Below are positions 7,911 to 16,149 of a stretch of 33,067 nt of DNA, in pieces. Source of the stretch: Collinsella sp. (lineage in GTDB: Bacteria; Actinomycetota; Coriobacteriia; Coriobacteriales; Coriobacteriaceae). Location: NCBI GenBank assembly GCA_014871545.1, contig WGSR01000001.1, positions 1 to 33,067 on the forward strand. Reading direction: 5' to 3'. Position 1 is the stretch's first letter, and each line of letters opens with the position of its first letter. Both the position numbers and the translations under genes were made by a program. The notes beneath the pieces were generated by a model. It was not told the origin of the DNA. It did not search any database and worked only from the letters and a program-made list of their open reading frames with translations.

Positions 7911-8555
7911 ATGCAGATCCTAGATTCCCTGGTCGACGGGCCGCTCCTTCTCGGGAACCGTAGGGAGGGCGACGAGCTGATAGGCATGATCGTCCGGTAC
8001 CTGCGCACTGGGGAGGTGCCGGAACCGCGCACGGACAGCCAGAGGGCCATCCTCGCCGCCGTGCGGCCCGTCATGGAGACCTCCCGCTCACGCATCGTGG
8101 CGGGGAGCAACGGGGGAAGCAAACAGCCAAGCAACGATGCAAGCAAACAGCCAAGCAAACAGCCAAGCAAACAGCCAGGCAAACAGCCAGGCAAAGCGGC
8201 AAGCAAACCGGAAAGCAAAACGGAAAGCAAAGCCGCAAGCAAACGACCAAGCGAAGAGGAAGAGGAAGAGGAAGTAGGAATTACGGAGAAAGGGAAGGGG
8301 AAACGGGCGCGTTTCCGCGCCCCCTCTCCCGCGGATGTCCGTGAGTACGCGGCGGCCTACGCCGAGTCCAGGGGCATCGCCCTCGGCTCCGTCGACTTCG
8401 ACCCCGACTACTTCGTCGACTACTACGAGTCCAAGGACTGGAAGGTCGGCAAGGCCCCGATGAAGGACTGGAAGGCCACGGTGCGCAACTGGCTGAGGTC
8501 CTCGAAACCGAGGGGAAAGGAGGTATCGGGCGATGACTACAGCGTCTACGACTAG
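7911..8555 (+). CDS. Phage replication initiator
   Basis: C-terminal FVDYYESKDWKVGKAPMKDWKATVRNW; internal iterons; precedes the loader. Confidence 0.75.
   Translation: MQILDSLVDGPLLLGNRREGDELIGMIVRYLRTGEVPEPRTDSQRAILAAVRPVMETSRSRIVAGSNGGSKQPSNDASKQPSKQPSKQPGKQPGKAASKPESKTESKAASKRPSEEEEEEEVGITEKGKGKRARFRAPSPADVREYAAAYAESRGIALGSVDFDPDYFVDYYESKDWKVGKAPMKDWKATVRNWLRSSKPRGKEVSGDDYSVYD
8117..8248 (+). repeat. 11 tandem 12-bp units (consensus AAGCAAACAGCC); putative origin iterons
   Basis: Directly visible in phase; degenerate units on both flanks. Confidence 0.85.
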
Positions 8556-9273
8556 TCCGAAGTTCCGCATCTGCCCGCACTGCGGCAAGGTGCTCCAGGC
8601 GAGGTACACCGACGCGCTCGCCGAGGCCACGGGCATCAGAATGTTCTGCGGCTACGAGGAGTGCGACTGCGCCGGGGCAGAGGCCGACAGGCGCGAGGTC
8701 GAGGAGCGCGCAGCCCGCAAGGCGGCGGAGGACAGGGCCGAGGCCCTGAGGCGCCGCTACCTGCGCGCCGGCGTCCCGGAGCGCTACCTATCGCTCGACC
8801 ACGTCAAGGCGGGGGTGCTCGCCGACAAGATGGGCCGCGGGAAGTGGCTCTACCTCTGGGGCGACGTCGGAACCCGCAAGACCACCTGCGCGGCGGCTAT
8901 CGCCAGACGCCTCGCCGACTCCGGCTCGCAGGTCCTGATGGTGCCGATGTACCGCATCCTCGACGAGATCCAGCGCAGCTTCCACGACGGTGGCGACCCG
9001 CTGAAGCGCTACTGCGAGGCCGGGTACCTCATCGTCGACGACCTGGGCAAGCGCAGGCCGACGGGCTTCGTGCTCGACAGCCTGTTCCAGCTCGTCGACA
9101 GGCGCTACTCGGCGATGCTGCCGACCTGCGTCACGACGCAGTACCGCCCGGGCGAGCTTGTCCGAAGGCTCGCCGAGCAGGGCGACCCGGACACCGCCAA
9201 GGCCATCGTGTCCAGGCTCCGCCACGGCGCCGAGGTCGTGGAGTTCACCGGCCCGGACGGGAGGCTCTCATGA
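8533..9273 (+). CDS. DnaC/IstB-like helicase loader ATPase
   Basis: Zn motif, Walker A-like GDVGTRKT, Walker B LIVDDLG, SRL, GPDGR. Confidence 0.85.
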   Translation: MTTASTTSPKFRICPHCGKVLQARYTDALAEATGIRMFCGYEECDCAGAEADRREVEERAARKAAEDRAEALRRRYLRAGVPERYLSLDHVKAGVLADKMGRGKWLYLWGDVGTRKTTCAAAIARRLADSGSQVLMVPMYRILDEIQRSFHDGGDPLKRYCEAGYLIVDDLGKRRPTGFVLDSLFQLVDRRYSAMLPTCVTTQYRPGELVRRLAEQGDPDTAKAIVSRLRHGAEVVEFTGPDGRLS

Positions 9274-9722
9274 TCCTCGACGCGGGCCTGCTGAGGGGAT
9301 GGCCGAAGGAGCGCGCCGAGCTGTACGGCAAGCCCCACCTCGGGGCGAGGTACACGCACGATACGGCATACGAGCCGACGCAGGCCCGGTGCGCGGTATG
9401 CGGCAGGCGCGCCTCCAACTGCCACCACGTCGCCCGCAGGTCGTGGGGGAAGACGTTCAGGCTCGTCACGCCCAACGGGGTGTGGGAGCTGCGCAGCCCG
9501 CTGTTCGCCCTGTGCGGCTCCGGCACGACCGGGTGCCACGGGAAGTTCCACGACGGCGGCCTCAGGGCCGAGTGGGTATGGCGCACCGGGGCGGCCGAGG
9601 AGGCATGGTGGTCCGGCACGCTGCTCAGGGAGTACCCGCCGCACAGCCCCGACCTCTACATGTTCGGCTACTGGGCCATCACCGACCGATACGGCAACGA
9701 AATCATCCGAGAGGTGAAATGA
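9270..9722 (+). CDS. HNH-like nuclease
   Basis: CAVCG...CHH...LCGSGTTGCHG. Confidence 0.6.
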   Translation: MILDAGLLRGWPKERAELYGKPHLGARYTHDTAYEPTQARCAVCGRRASNCHHVARRSWGKTFRLVTPNGVWELRSPLFALCGSGTTGCHGKFHDGGLRAEWVWRTGAAEEAWWSGTLLREYPPHSPDLYMFGYWAITDRYGNEIIREVK

Positions 9723-10129
9723 CGATGGAGATCACCAACTGCGAGCAGTACGTGCTCGCCAAGCTCGACTACGAGCAGCGCCGCAACGAGCGCCTCGTGG
9801 CCGAGAACAACAAGCTGGCCAAGCAGCTCGACGCCATGACAAAGATGGCCAACGGCTACCGACATATCATCAACCGGCCCAAGACGCCCATCGAGGCGCT
9901 CGCGGACGGGGTCATGCGCGAGGAGATGCTGACCCGCTTCACCTACGCCGAGGTCACGGACGTCAAGAGCGCGTTCAGCGGAAGGCTGCTCGGCTTCGAC
10001 GAATGGTGCCACGATGCGATGCGATATGTGGCGCTGGCGGACGGCGTCGGCGAGGAGGAGTTCACCCGGTTCATGCGCCGGGACCTCAAGAAGATCTACG
10101 ACAAGAAGGTGGCCAAGAGTGCCGAGTAG
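9719..10129 (+). CDS. Hypothetical protein
   Basis: GAGGTG RBS, ATGA overlap. Confidence 0.7.
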   Translation: MTMEITNCEQYVLAKLDYEQRRNERLVAENNKLAKQLDAMTKMANGYRHIINRPKTPIEALADGVMREEMLTRFTYAEVTDVKSAFSGRLLGFDEWCHDAMRYVALADGVGEEEFTRFMRRDLKKIYDKKVAKSAE

Positions 10130-10166
10130 AGGCCGCCGTGCCCGACAAGAGCGGCAGGGCGGGCCG

Positions 10167-10565
10167 ATGAATGACGAGAGGGCCGTCGCCGCGGCCATCC
10201 ACGCCGGGCTCCAGAGCGACGACGTGACCGACCTGTACACGGGCGACTGCAGGGGCTGCGGCGAGTGCTGCTCGCGCTTTCTGCCCGTGAGCCCGTTCGA
10301 CCGGGTGCGGCTCGAGGCGTACGTGCGCCGGAACGGAATCGAGCCCGCCGAGCCCAGGGCGGAGTACGACCTGCTGTGCCCTTACCTCACGGACGGGCGC
10401 GAGTGCGCGGTCTACGCCGCGCGGCCCGAGATCTGCCGGGCGTACCGGTGCGACAGGCACAAGAGGGGCGAGCTGGGCATGTTCTTCGGCGCGGAGTGCG
10501 CCGAGGTGACCGACATGCGCGCGCTCGCGGAATCCATGGCCGGCGATGTCTATGAATGCGAATAG
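10167..10565 (+). CDS. YkgJ-family cysteine cluster (Zn/Fe-S) protein
   Basis: CRGCGECC...CPYL...CAVYAARPEICRAY. Confidence 0.8.
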   Translation: MNDERAVAAAIHAGLQSDDVTDLYTGDCRGCGECCSRFLPVSPFDRVRLEAYVRRNGIEPAEPRAEYDLLCPYLTDGRECAVYAARPEICRAYRCDRHKRGELGMFFGAECAEVTDMRALAESMAGDVYECE

Positions 10566-10587
10566 GAACCGAATGAAAGGAATACCG

Positions 10588-10866
10588 ATGACCGACGAGA
10601 AGAAGACCGGCGAGACGTTTGAGGCGCCATACCCCGGGACGCTTAGCTGGGCGGCGACGCAGTTGCTGGAGGCAATCGGCGATGCCGCGGAGGCCGTCGC
10701 CGAGATGCTGTGGGAGAGCATCTCCCGCGTGTTCCGAGACGCCTGCCGTCTCATGAGGAAGCTCGCGAAGGCGCTCGACCCGAAGTGGCAGCGCCGCCGC
10801 CATCGCGCACTCGCCCGCTCGCGCCGCAACAACCTGTACCTGAAGAGCATCGGGAGGTGCCGGTGA
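10588..10866 (+). CDS. Hypothetical protein
   Basis: GAAAGGA RBS. Confidence 0.6.
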   Translation: MTDEKKTGETFEAPYPGTLSWAATQLLEAIGDAAEAVAEMLWESISRVFRDACRLMRKLAKALDPKWQRRRHRALARSRRNNLYLKSIGRCR

Positions 10867-10896
10867 TGGGCGGCAAGTACAGGAAGGAGCAGGGGA

Positions 10897-11121
10897 ATGG
10901 CTAGGAACGTCTACGGCGGCTACTGCCGCGAGTGCGGCAGGTGGACGCCTCCGGGCTTCGGGCACTTCGAGCGCTACCGGGGCGGATGGCGCGTCCACTG
11001 TGTCGAGTGCGCGAGCGGTCGGAAGCTGCCGCCCGAGGGAGACCAGGCGGCGCGGGACATGCGGCGCCACGTCAGGAACATGGTGAACGACGGAAGGTAC
11101 GGGAAGAGGGGATACAGATGA
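10897..11121 (+). CDS. Small Zn-finger protein
   Basis: CRECG...HCVEC. Confidence 0.65.
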   Translation: MARNVYGGYCRECGRWTPPGFGHFERYRGGWRVHCVECASGRKLPPEGDQAARDMRRHVRNMVNDGRYGKRGYR

Positions 11122-11315
11122 CGGGAGACGAGAGGCCGGACATCTACGCGGACGGGCTCCTGGAGGAGCGCTGCGAGAACTGCCTGCACTGCGGCGCGAC
11201 GGTGCTGCGCACCATCCACGGCGTGGAGCGCACGGAGTACGAGTGCGAGCGGCGCCCGGAGTTCGTTCACAGGACGCAGGCGGAGGCCGTATGCAACTAC
11301 TGGGAGGCGCGATGA
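11118..11315 (+). CDS. Small Cys-rich protein
   Basis: CENCLHC...C...CNYW; ATGA overlaps. Confidence 0.6.
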   Translation: MTGDERPDIYADGLLEERCENCLHCGATVLRTIHGVERTEYECERRPEFVHRTQAEAVCNYWEAR

Positions 11316-11422
11316 GCGGATGGGACGAGTTCGGCTGCGAGCAAGACATGGCCGCGGCGAGGGCCGTCGGCTACCTCGAGGGCATGTACGACGTGGCCGT
11401 CGTCAGGAAGTGGGTGGCGTAG
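11312..11422 (+). CDS. Small hypothetical protein (36 aa)
   Basis: GGAGG RBS; fills the gap exactly. Confidence 0.45.
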   Translation: MSGWDEFGCEQDMAAARAVGYLEGMYDVAVVRKWVA

Positions 11423-12064
11423 ATGCGAGTTCTTATCGCCTGCGAGGAGTCGCAGCGCGTGGCGCTTGAGTTCAGGAAGATGGGACACGAGGCTTACAGC
11501 TGCGACCTTGAGGAAGCGGGGGGGGGTCACGACCTCATGCACCTCAACGTCGACGCCCTCCAGATGCTCAAGCTCAAGTGGGACCTGGTGATCGCGCACC
11601 CGCCATGCACGTATCTCACCGTCACCGGCAACCGCTGGTTCGACGAGGGAAAGTACGGCGACAGAGCGCGCGAGCGCAAGGCTAACCGTGAGGCCGCCGT
11701 CGAGTTCTTCATGGCGTTCGCCAAGTGCAATGCGCCGCACGTCGCAATCGAGAACCCCGTCGGCTGCATGAGCACAAGATGGCGCAAACCGGACCAAATC
11801 GTGCAGCCGTACATGTTCGGCGACCCGTTCGAAAAGAAGACGTGCCTGTGGCTGAAGGGGCTCGAGCCGCTCAAGCCGACTGATGAGGTCGAGCCTGAGC
11901 CGCGCAAGGTCTTCAAGTCAGGCAACTCCATGCCGGCATGGTACGCGGACGCCTGGCATCTGCCGCCACACGAACGTGCCAAGGTTCGCAGCCGCACGTT
12001 CCCGGGCATCGCAAAGGCGATGGCCAACCAGTGGTGCGAGCAGATCGGGATGGAGGGCGTATAA
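11423..12064 (+). CDS. Phage-type DNA cytosine-C5 methyltransferase-like protein
   Basis: VLIACEES...SCD...DLVIAHPPC (catalytic PC), IENPV, QP..FG. Confidence 0.72.
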   Translation: MRVLIACEESQRVALEFRKMGHEAYSCDLEEAGGGHDLMHLNVDALQMLKLKWDLVIAHPPCTYLTVTGNRWFDEGKYGDRARERKANREAAVEFFMAFAKCNAPHVAIENPVGCMSTRWRKPDQIVQPYMFGDPFEKKTCLWLKGLEPLKPTDEVEPEPRKVFKSGNSMPAWYADAWHLPPHERAKVRSRTFPGIAKAMANQWCEQIGMEGV

Positions 12065-12080
12065 CGCCAGATAAGGAGGA

Positions 12081-12473
12081 ATGATGATTCAACTGCCAAA
12101 GGATGCCGAGGGTCGAGAGATTCCGCTAGATACCAAGGTGTTGTACGGCAGCGGCGGCACGGCCCGAAACATCGTGTACTGGGTGTACACGGTCGATTCC
12201 GACCTCGAGAAAGAGTGGGGGAACTGCTGGCGCGCGGTCACGGACGCGGGCAGGAAACTCGACCCCGGGCTCATGTACCTCACCGAACCCGACAGCTGGG
12301 AGAAGCTGGAAGAGGACTTAGATAGGTGCATTAAGGCAGACAGCCTTTGCGCGTACAGCCCGTCAGAAGAATGTTCCACGTGCGTCCTGCCAAGGGACAG
12401 TCAATGCAATTGCGATTCGTTTGCACTCGAGGCCATCAAGGAGCGCATCCGCAAGCTGAGGGGTGAGGACTGA
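12081..12473 (+). CDS. Hypothetical protein, paralog A (LPKDAEGREIPLDT)
   Basis: AAGGAGG RBS; paralog at 13160. Confidence 0.75.
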   Translation: MMIQLPKDAEGREIPLDTKVLYGSGGTARNIVYWVYTVDSDLEKEWGNCWRAVTDAGRKLDPGLMYLTEPDSWEKLEEDLDRCIKADSLCAYSPSEECSTCVLPRDSQCNCDSFALEAIKERIRKLRGED

Positions 12474-12685
12474 TGTGCGTCTACTGCGAGAAGCCGCGTA
12501 ACGACATGAGCCTACAGGCCGACCGTTTCTTCCACAAAGACAAGTCCATGCGCATTAAAGAGACGGCGCCCGGCATGTTCCGAATCGCCGCCGTGTTCGG
12601 GGAAGATGAGCCGAGCTACATGGAGTCGGAGCGCATTAGCTACTGTCCTTTTTGCGGTCGGTTACTAAGGAGTGAGGACGAATGA
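12473..12685 (+). CDS. Small Zn-ribbon protein
   Basis: CVYC...YCPFCGR. Confidence 0.7.
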   Translation: MCVYCEKPRNDMSLQADRFFHKDKSMRIKETAPGMFRIAAVFGEDEPSYMESERISYCPFCGRLLRSEDE

Positions 12686-12948
12686 CGACACATCGACTCA
12701 AGGTTTTTATCAAATACGCCGACGCAATCATGAACGGCACCAAGACGTTCGAGGTCCGCAAGAATGACCGCAACTTCAAGGTCGGCGACAAGATTGTATT
12801 CGACGTAGTCACGAACGAAGGCTATGCCGTCGGGGCGGCGGCAAGGCACCCGCTCAACGGGACGACCTACCGAATCGACTACATCCTCGACGACTTCGAG
12901 GGCCTCGCGCAGAAGTACGTCGCCTTTAGCATATCGAGGGAGGGATGA
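12682..12948 (+). CDS. DUF3850/ASCH-like protein
   Basis: HRLK...GTKTFEVRKNDRNFKVGD. Confidence 0.8.
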   Translation: MTTHRLKVFIKYADAIMNGTKTFEVRKNDRNFKVGDKIVFDVVTNEGYAVGAAARHPLNGTTYRIDYILDDFEGLAQKYVAFSISREG

Positions 12949-13154
12949 TGGCAATTATCGAAATGCCAAAGGGCGTGACCCCATCAATGATCCCCGAGTA
13001 TGCAACGCCTAACGAATGGGCCGAGGCTTTCAACGTGAGCCTGAGGACCGTCTACAGGATGTGTAAGGACGGAGAGCTAATGACCGTGAGGACGCCCGGC
13101 AGCATCCGCATCTGCCGCGACATGTCCTTTGTACTGCTGGGGCTAGATAGGTGA
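12945..13154 (+). CDS. Excisionase-like HTH protein
   Basis: TPNEWAEAFNVSLRTVYRMCKDGEL...IRI. Confidence 0.7.
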   Translation: MMAIIEMPKGVTPSMIPEYATPNEWAEAFNVSLRTVYRMCKDGELMTVRTPGSIRICRDMSFVLLGLDR

Positions 13155-13159
13155 TAGCA

Positions 13160-13564
13160 ATGGCGAATATCGAGTTACCAAAAGATGCCGAGGGCCGCGA
13201 GATTCCGCTGGACACCAAGATCTTGTACAACGAGGACGGCAAGTGTTTTAAGGTCAACCGCTTTACCTATTCTGTGGTACAGACGATACCCGGCCTAAAG
13301 TGGGGCGTCGTGTTCATGGATTGCCGATACGACTATTGCAGCTCCTTCTACCTCACGCCACCGGAATCGCCCGACACTTGGGAGGAGCTGGAAGAGGACT
13401 TGGGCAGGGGCGCGGACGCACTGAATTACGAAGCCTGCGCCTATTTTGGCATGAGTGCGTGCAACTGCACATCGTGCATCGCCGACAAAGGCGGAACCTG
13501 CGAAAGGGTTGCCATGCGCGACATTCTCACCCGCATCCGCAAGCTGAGGGGTGAGGGCGAATGA
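13160..13564 (+). CDS. Hypothetical protein, paralog B (LPKDAEGREIPLDT)
   Basis: Shares the N-terminus, WE.LEEDL and RIRKLRGE with 12081-12473; alternative start at 13151. Confidence 0.75.
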   Translation: MANIELPKDAEGREIPLDTKILYNEDGKCFKVNRFTYSVVQTIPGLKWGVVFMDCRYDYCSSFYLTPPESPDTWEELEEDLGRGADALNYEACAYFGMSACNCTSCIADKGGTCERVAMRDILTRIRKLRGEGE

Positions 13565-13896
13565 TTGCCGATGAAAAGCGCCGTAAAGTGGCACATACCT
13601 TACGTCAAATCAATAACGTTGTTGATGATGAGCCCATGAGCCATACGATTGCACACGAAGCAACAATACTCGGCATGATCCGTGACGCCATCATTGGCCT
13701 CGACGGCAATGTATTCCAACGACTCGCCGATCTAATCGACCGCCCGGTATACAGGCCTGTTATACCGAACGCAATGGAGGGCTATGTGTTTTGCCCGAGG
13801 TGCGGCGCGGAAATCGGCGAGTACGGCGTACCGAACTATTGTCACGCATGTGGGTTGGCGATCTCGAATGGAAAGGTGGTAGAGCGATGCTCGTAA
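13561..13896 (+). CDS. Zn-ribbon hypothetical protein
   Basis: RLADLIDRP...CPRCG...NYCHACG; lower GC. Confidence 0.65.
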   Translation: MIADEKRRKVAHTLRQINNVVDDEPMSHTIAHEATILGMIRDAIIGLDGNVFQRLADLIDRPVYRPVIPNAMEGYVFCPRCGAEIGEYGVPNYCHACGLAISNGKVVERCS

Positions 13897-14063
13897 TCGA
13901 GAAGAAGGACGTGCCCGAGGGCTGCACGACATGCCTGTACTACCGCTTCAACGGGTGCGCCAACGCCGACCGCCAGAAGGACTGGATGCACTACCGCGTG
14001 TGGAAGGGCCTCGAGCAGTGCCCGAGCTGGTGGCTCGACCAAAACCGATTCGAGAGGGCGTGA
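13887..14063 (+). CDS. Small Cys-containing protein
   Basis: GAAAGGTGG RBS; CTTC. Confidence 0.55.
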   Translation: MLVIEKKDVPEGCTTCLYYRFNGCANADRQKDWMHYRVWKGLEQCPSWWLDQNRFERA

Positions 14064-14067
14064 CGCT

Positions 14068-14304
14068 ATGGCGACCGAGTACGTTCTGGACGCCGACAAG
14101 ATCGCCCATTGGCGCATCGACAACAACGTCCCGCTGAAGCAGCTGGCGCGCGCCGCCGGGGTGAACCTCAGCAGCCTGAGCCACGCCATCCGCGGCGGCA
14201 GGGAAGTGAAGATGAACCTGCTGCTCAATCTGGCGAATGCGATGGGCGAAGACCCGCGGGACATCGTGAAGCCCAAAGCACTTGCAAGTCAGGAGACAAA
14301 ATGA
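14068..14304 (+). CDS. XRE HTH protein
   Basis: LKQLARAAGVNLSSLSHAIRGG. Confidence 0.75.
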   Translation: MATEYVLDADKIAHWRIDNNVPLKQLARAAGVNLSSLSHAIRGGREVKMNLLLNLANAMGEDPRDIVKPKALASQETK

Positions 14305-14489
14305 GATTCGAGATCATTGAGCGCCACATCATCGACGTGCCGGACAGCGAGCTCACGGACGACGAGCGCCCCCTGGGCAAGATGACGCTCGCTGAGGTTC
14401 TCGACGTCATCGCGGAGAACCCGCACAGGTTCATCGAACAGTACGAGATGTACCACGAGGAGGTGATTCGCCTTGGGGGCAAGCTGTGA
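14301..14489 (+). CDS. Hypothetical protein
   Basis: AGGAG RBS, ATGA overlap. Confidence 0.6.
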   Translation: MRFEIIERHIIDVPDSELTDDERPLGKMTLAEVLDVIAENPHRFIEQYEMYHEEVIRLGGKL

Positions 14490-14757
14490 GCCGGGCTACA
14501 ACCTCCCGGACGGATGCACCGACGCGGCAATCGACAGGCACTTCGGCGAGGGCAAGCCCACGTGCGCCGAGTGCACCAAGATGTACGAGTGCTGCTGCGA
14601 CTACGGCATCTGCGAGATAGAGTTCGACGACGCCTTCCGGGAGAAGTTCGACGGGGCGGACGCGGAGCCGGGCGACGTCGCCTACTGGGCGCTCCCGTGG
14701 ATAGCGGACCACATGAGGGACATGCAGGAGGAAGCGTGCGACATGTTCTGTGGCTGA
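14473..14757 (+). CDS. Cys-rich hypothetical protein
   Basis: GGAGG RBS, TTG start; YNLPDGC...CAEC. Confidence 0.6.
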   Translation: MGASCEPGYNLPDGCTDAAIDRHFGEGKPTCAECTKMYECCCDYGICEIEFDDAFREKFDGADAEPGDVAYWALPWIADHMRDMQEEACDMFCG

Positions 14758-14872
14758 TGCCGCTGGCGGCGCTCACCGCGCTGCTGGCGTGGGCGGCGAG
14801 GTCCGCATGGGCGCTCGCCGTGGTTTTGACCGTTCTCGTGCGCATGGCGTGCGGGTGAGATTGGAGGATTGA

Positions 14873-14995
14873 ATGGACGGGATCGTAAGGCTGGCCGGCA
14901 AGCTCATCGGGTGCCTCATCGTGACGGCACTCGTGCTGCTGTGCGCCGCCGCCGTCGTGTGGTGCTGGCAGGTGCTCGCGGGGCTGGTCGCATGA
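14873..14995 (+). CDS. Small membrane protein (40 aa)
   Basis: GGAGG RBS; one TM helix; a similar hydrophobic ORF lies at about 14757-14858. Confidence 0.5.
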   Translation: MDGIVRLAGKLIGCLIVTALVLLCAAAVVWCWQVLAGLVA

Positions 14996-15192
14996 GCGCC
15001 GGCGAGAGGGTGGCGCAGCAGCTCCGCGACGCCGCGGCCCTGCTGGAGTCAATGGCGGACGACGTGGCGGGGGACATCGACGAGAGGTTCGTGCTGCCTC
15101 CCATAACGCTCACCATCAAGATAGGAAGCACCGACGAGACCCCGACCCTGTCGGTGAAGAAGGACTACCTCGCGAGGAAGCGCCTGGCATGA
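14992..15192 (+). CDS. Hypothetical protein
   Basis: ATGA overlaps on both sides. Confidence 0.6.
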   Translation: MSAGERVAQQLRDAAALLESMADDVAGDIDERFVLPPITLTIKIGSTDETPTLSVKKDYLARKRLA

Positions 15193-15470
15193 CGTGGAGC
15201 TCCAACGGCAACGCCGAGCGCAAGCTCAAGGCGAGGCTCCGCGCCGAGGGCAGGCCGTGCCACATATGCGGCCAGCCCATAGACTACAGCCTGCCGCCCG
15301 GCACGCCGTGGAGCTTCGAGGCCGACCACGTGGTGCCGAGGGCGAGGGGCGGCGCGGTGCTGGACTACGCGAACCTCGACGCGGCGCACCGCATCTGCAA
15401 CCAGAGGAAGGGCAAGCACATGCCGGGCGACGCGAGGCCCGTCGAGATAAGGCGCACGAGGCTGTTCTGA
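15189..15470 (+). CDS. HNH endonuclease (packaging-associated)
   Basis: CHICG...DHVVPRARGG...NLDAAHRICN; last gene before terminase. Confidence 0.88.
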   Translation: MTWSSNGNAERKLKARLRAEGRPCHICGQPIDYSLPPGTPWSFEADHVVPRARGGAVLDYANLDAAHRICNQRKGKHMPGDARPVEIRRTRLF

Positions 15471-15717
15471 ACGTTATGGACAACTGAATAGGCGAGGCTG
15501 AAAAGCCTAATTGGAGGCGCGGTCGTTTGCTCGGCTGCGCCTCACTGCTTTTCTGGGGCGCTGAGCCGCAGATGGCGGGGGCATCGCCCCTCCCCGGGGG
15601 TGCACGGACACCCATCGCTGCCAGTGCCGATTTCCCCCCGCCCCATGGCCCCAGGGCGGGGGTAGGCCGCGAATCTCACCCGCATCGCACAATGCGGGCA
15701 CGAGAAAGGAGGCCGTG

Positions 15718-16149
15718 ATGCCGGAGATGCCGGAATCGGTCGCATCCGACGACTATCAATCGCAGATCTGGGCGAGCGTCACCGCATCGGGGCGCTTCTC
15801 CGACGAGGACGCGCCGAACATCGCGCTGCTGTGCTACTGGCACGCCGTGGCGAAGGCCGCGGAGGATGCCATGAGCAAGGGCAAGTCCGTGAAGGTGCTC
15901 GACCCCGTCGGCTACAAGTCCATCAAGGCGAAGAACGGCAGGCACGCCATCATGGAGCGCCCGCACCCCGCCGTGTCCGTGCTCAAGCAGGCGACCGCCG
16001 AGATACGCGCGCTCAACGAGCTGCTCGGGCTGTCGCGCAAGGCAGTGCCCATCCAGGTGCAGCAGGCGCGTCCGCAGAGCGAGGGCGCTAGGGTGTTGAG
16101 CCTGATGTTTGCCGACCGCGAGCGCAAGGCCAAGGCGGCGGGCGCCTGA
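15718..16149 (+). CDS. terS: Terminase small subunit (P27-like)
   Basis: HPAV...ELLGLS; GAAAGGAGG RBS; position before TerL. Confidence 0.75.
   Translation: MPEMPESVASDDYQSQIWASVTASGRFSDEDAPNIALLCYWHAVAKAAEDAMSKGKSVKVLDPVGYKSIKAKNGRHAIMERPHPAVSVLKQATAEIRALNELLGLSRKAVPIQVQQARPQSEGARVLSLMFADRERKAKAAGA

Noticed and set aside
8117..8248. Possible CRISPR array
   Set aside because: Contiguous 12-bp in-frame units with no spacers and no cas genes
14757..14995. Two tiny hydrophobic ORFs as holin or type I toxin
   Set aside because: No adjacent endolysin or antisense element; the lysis module is probably beyond the window
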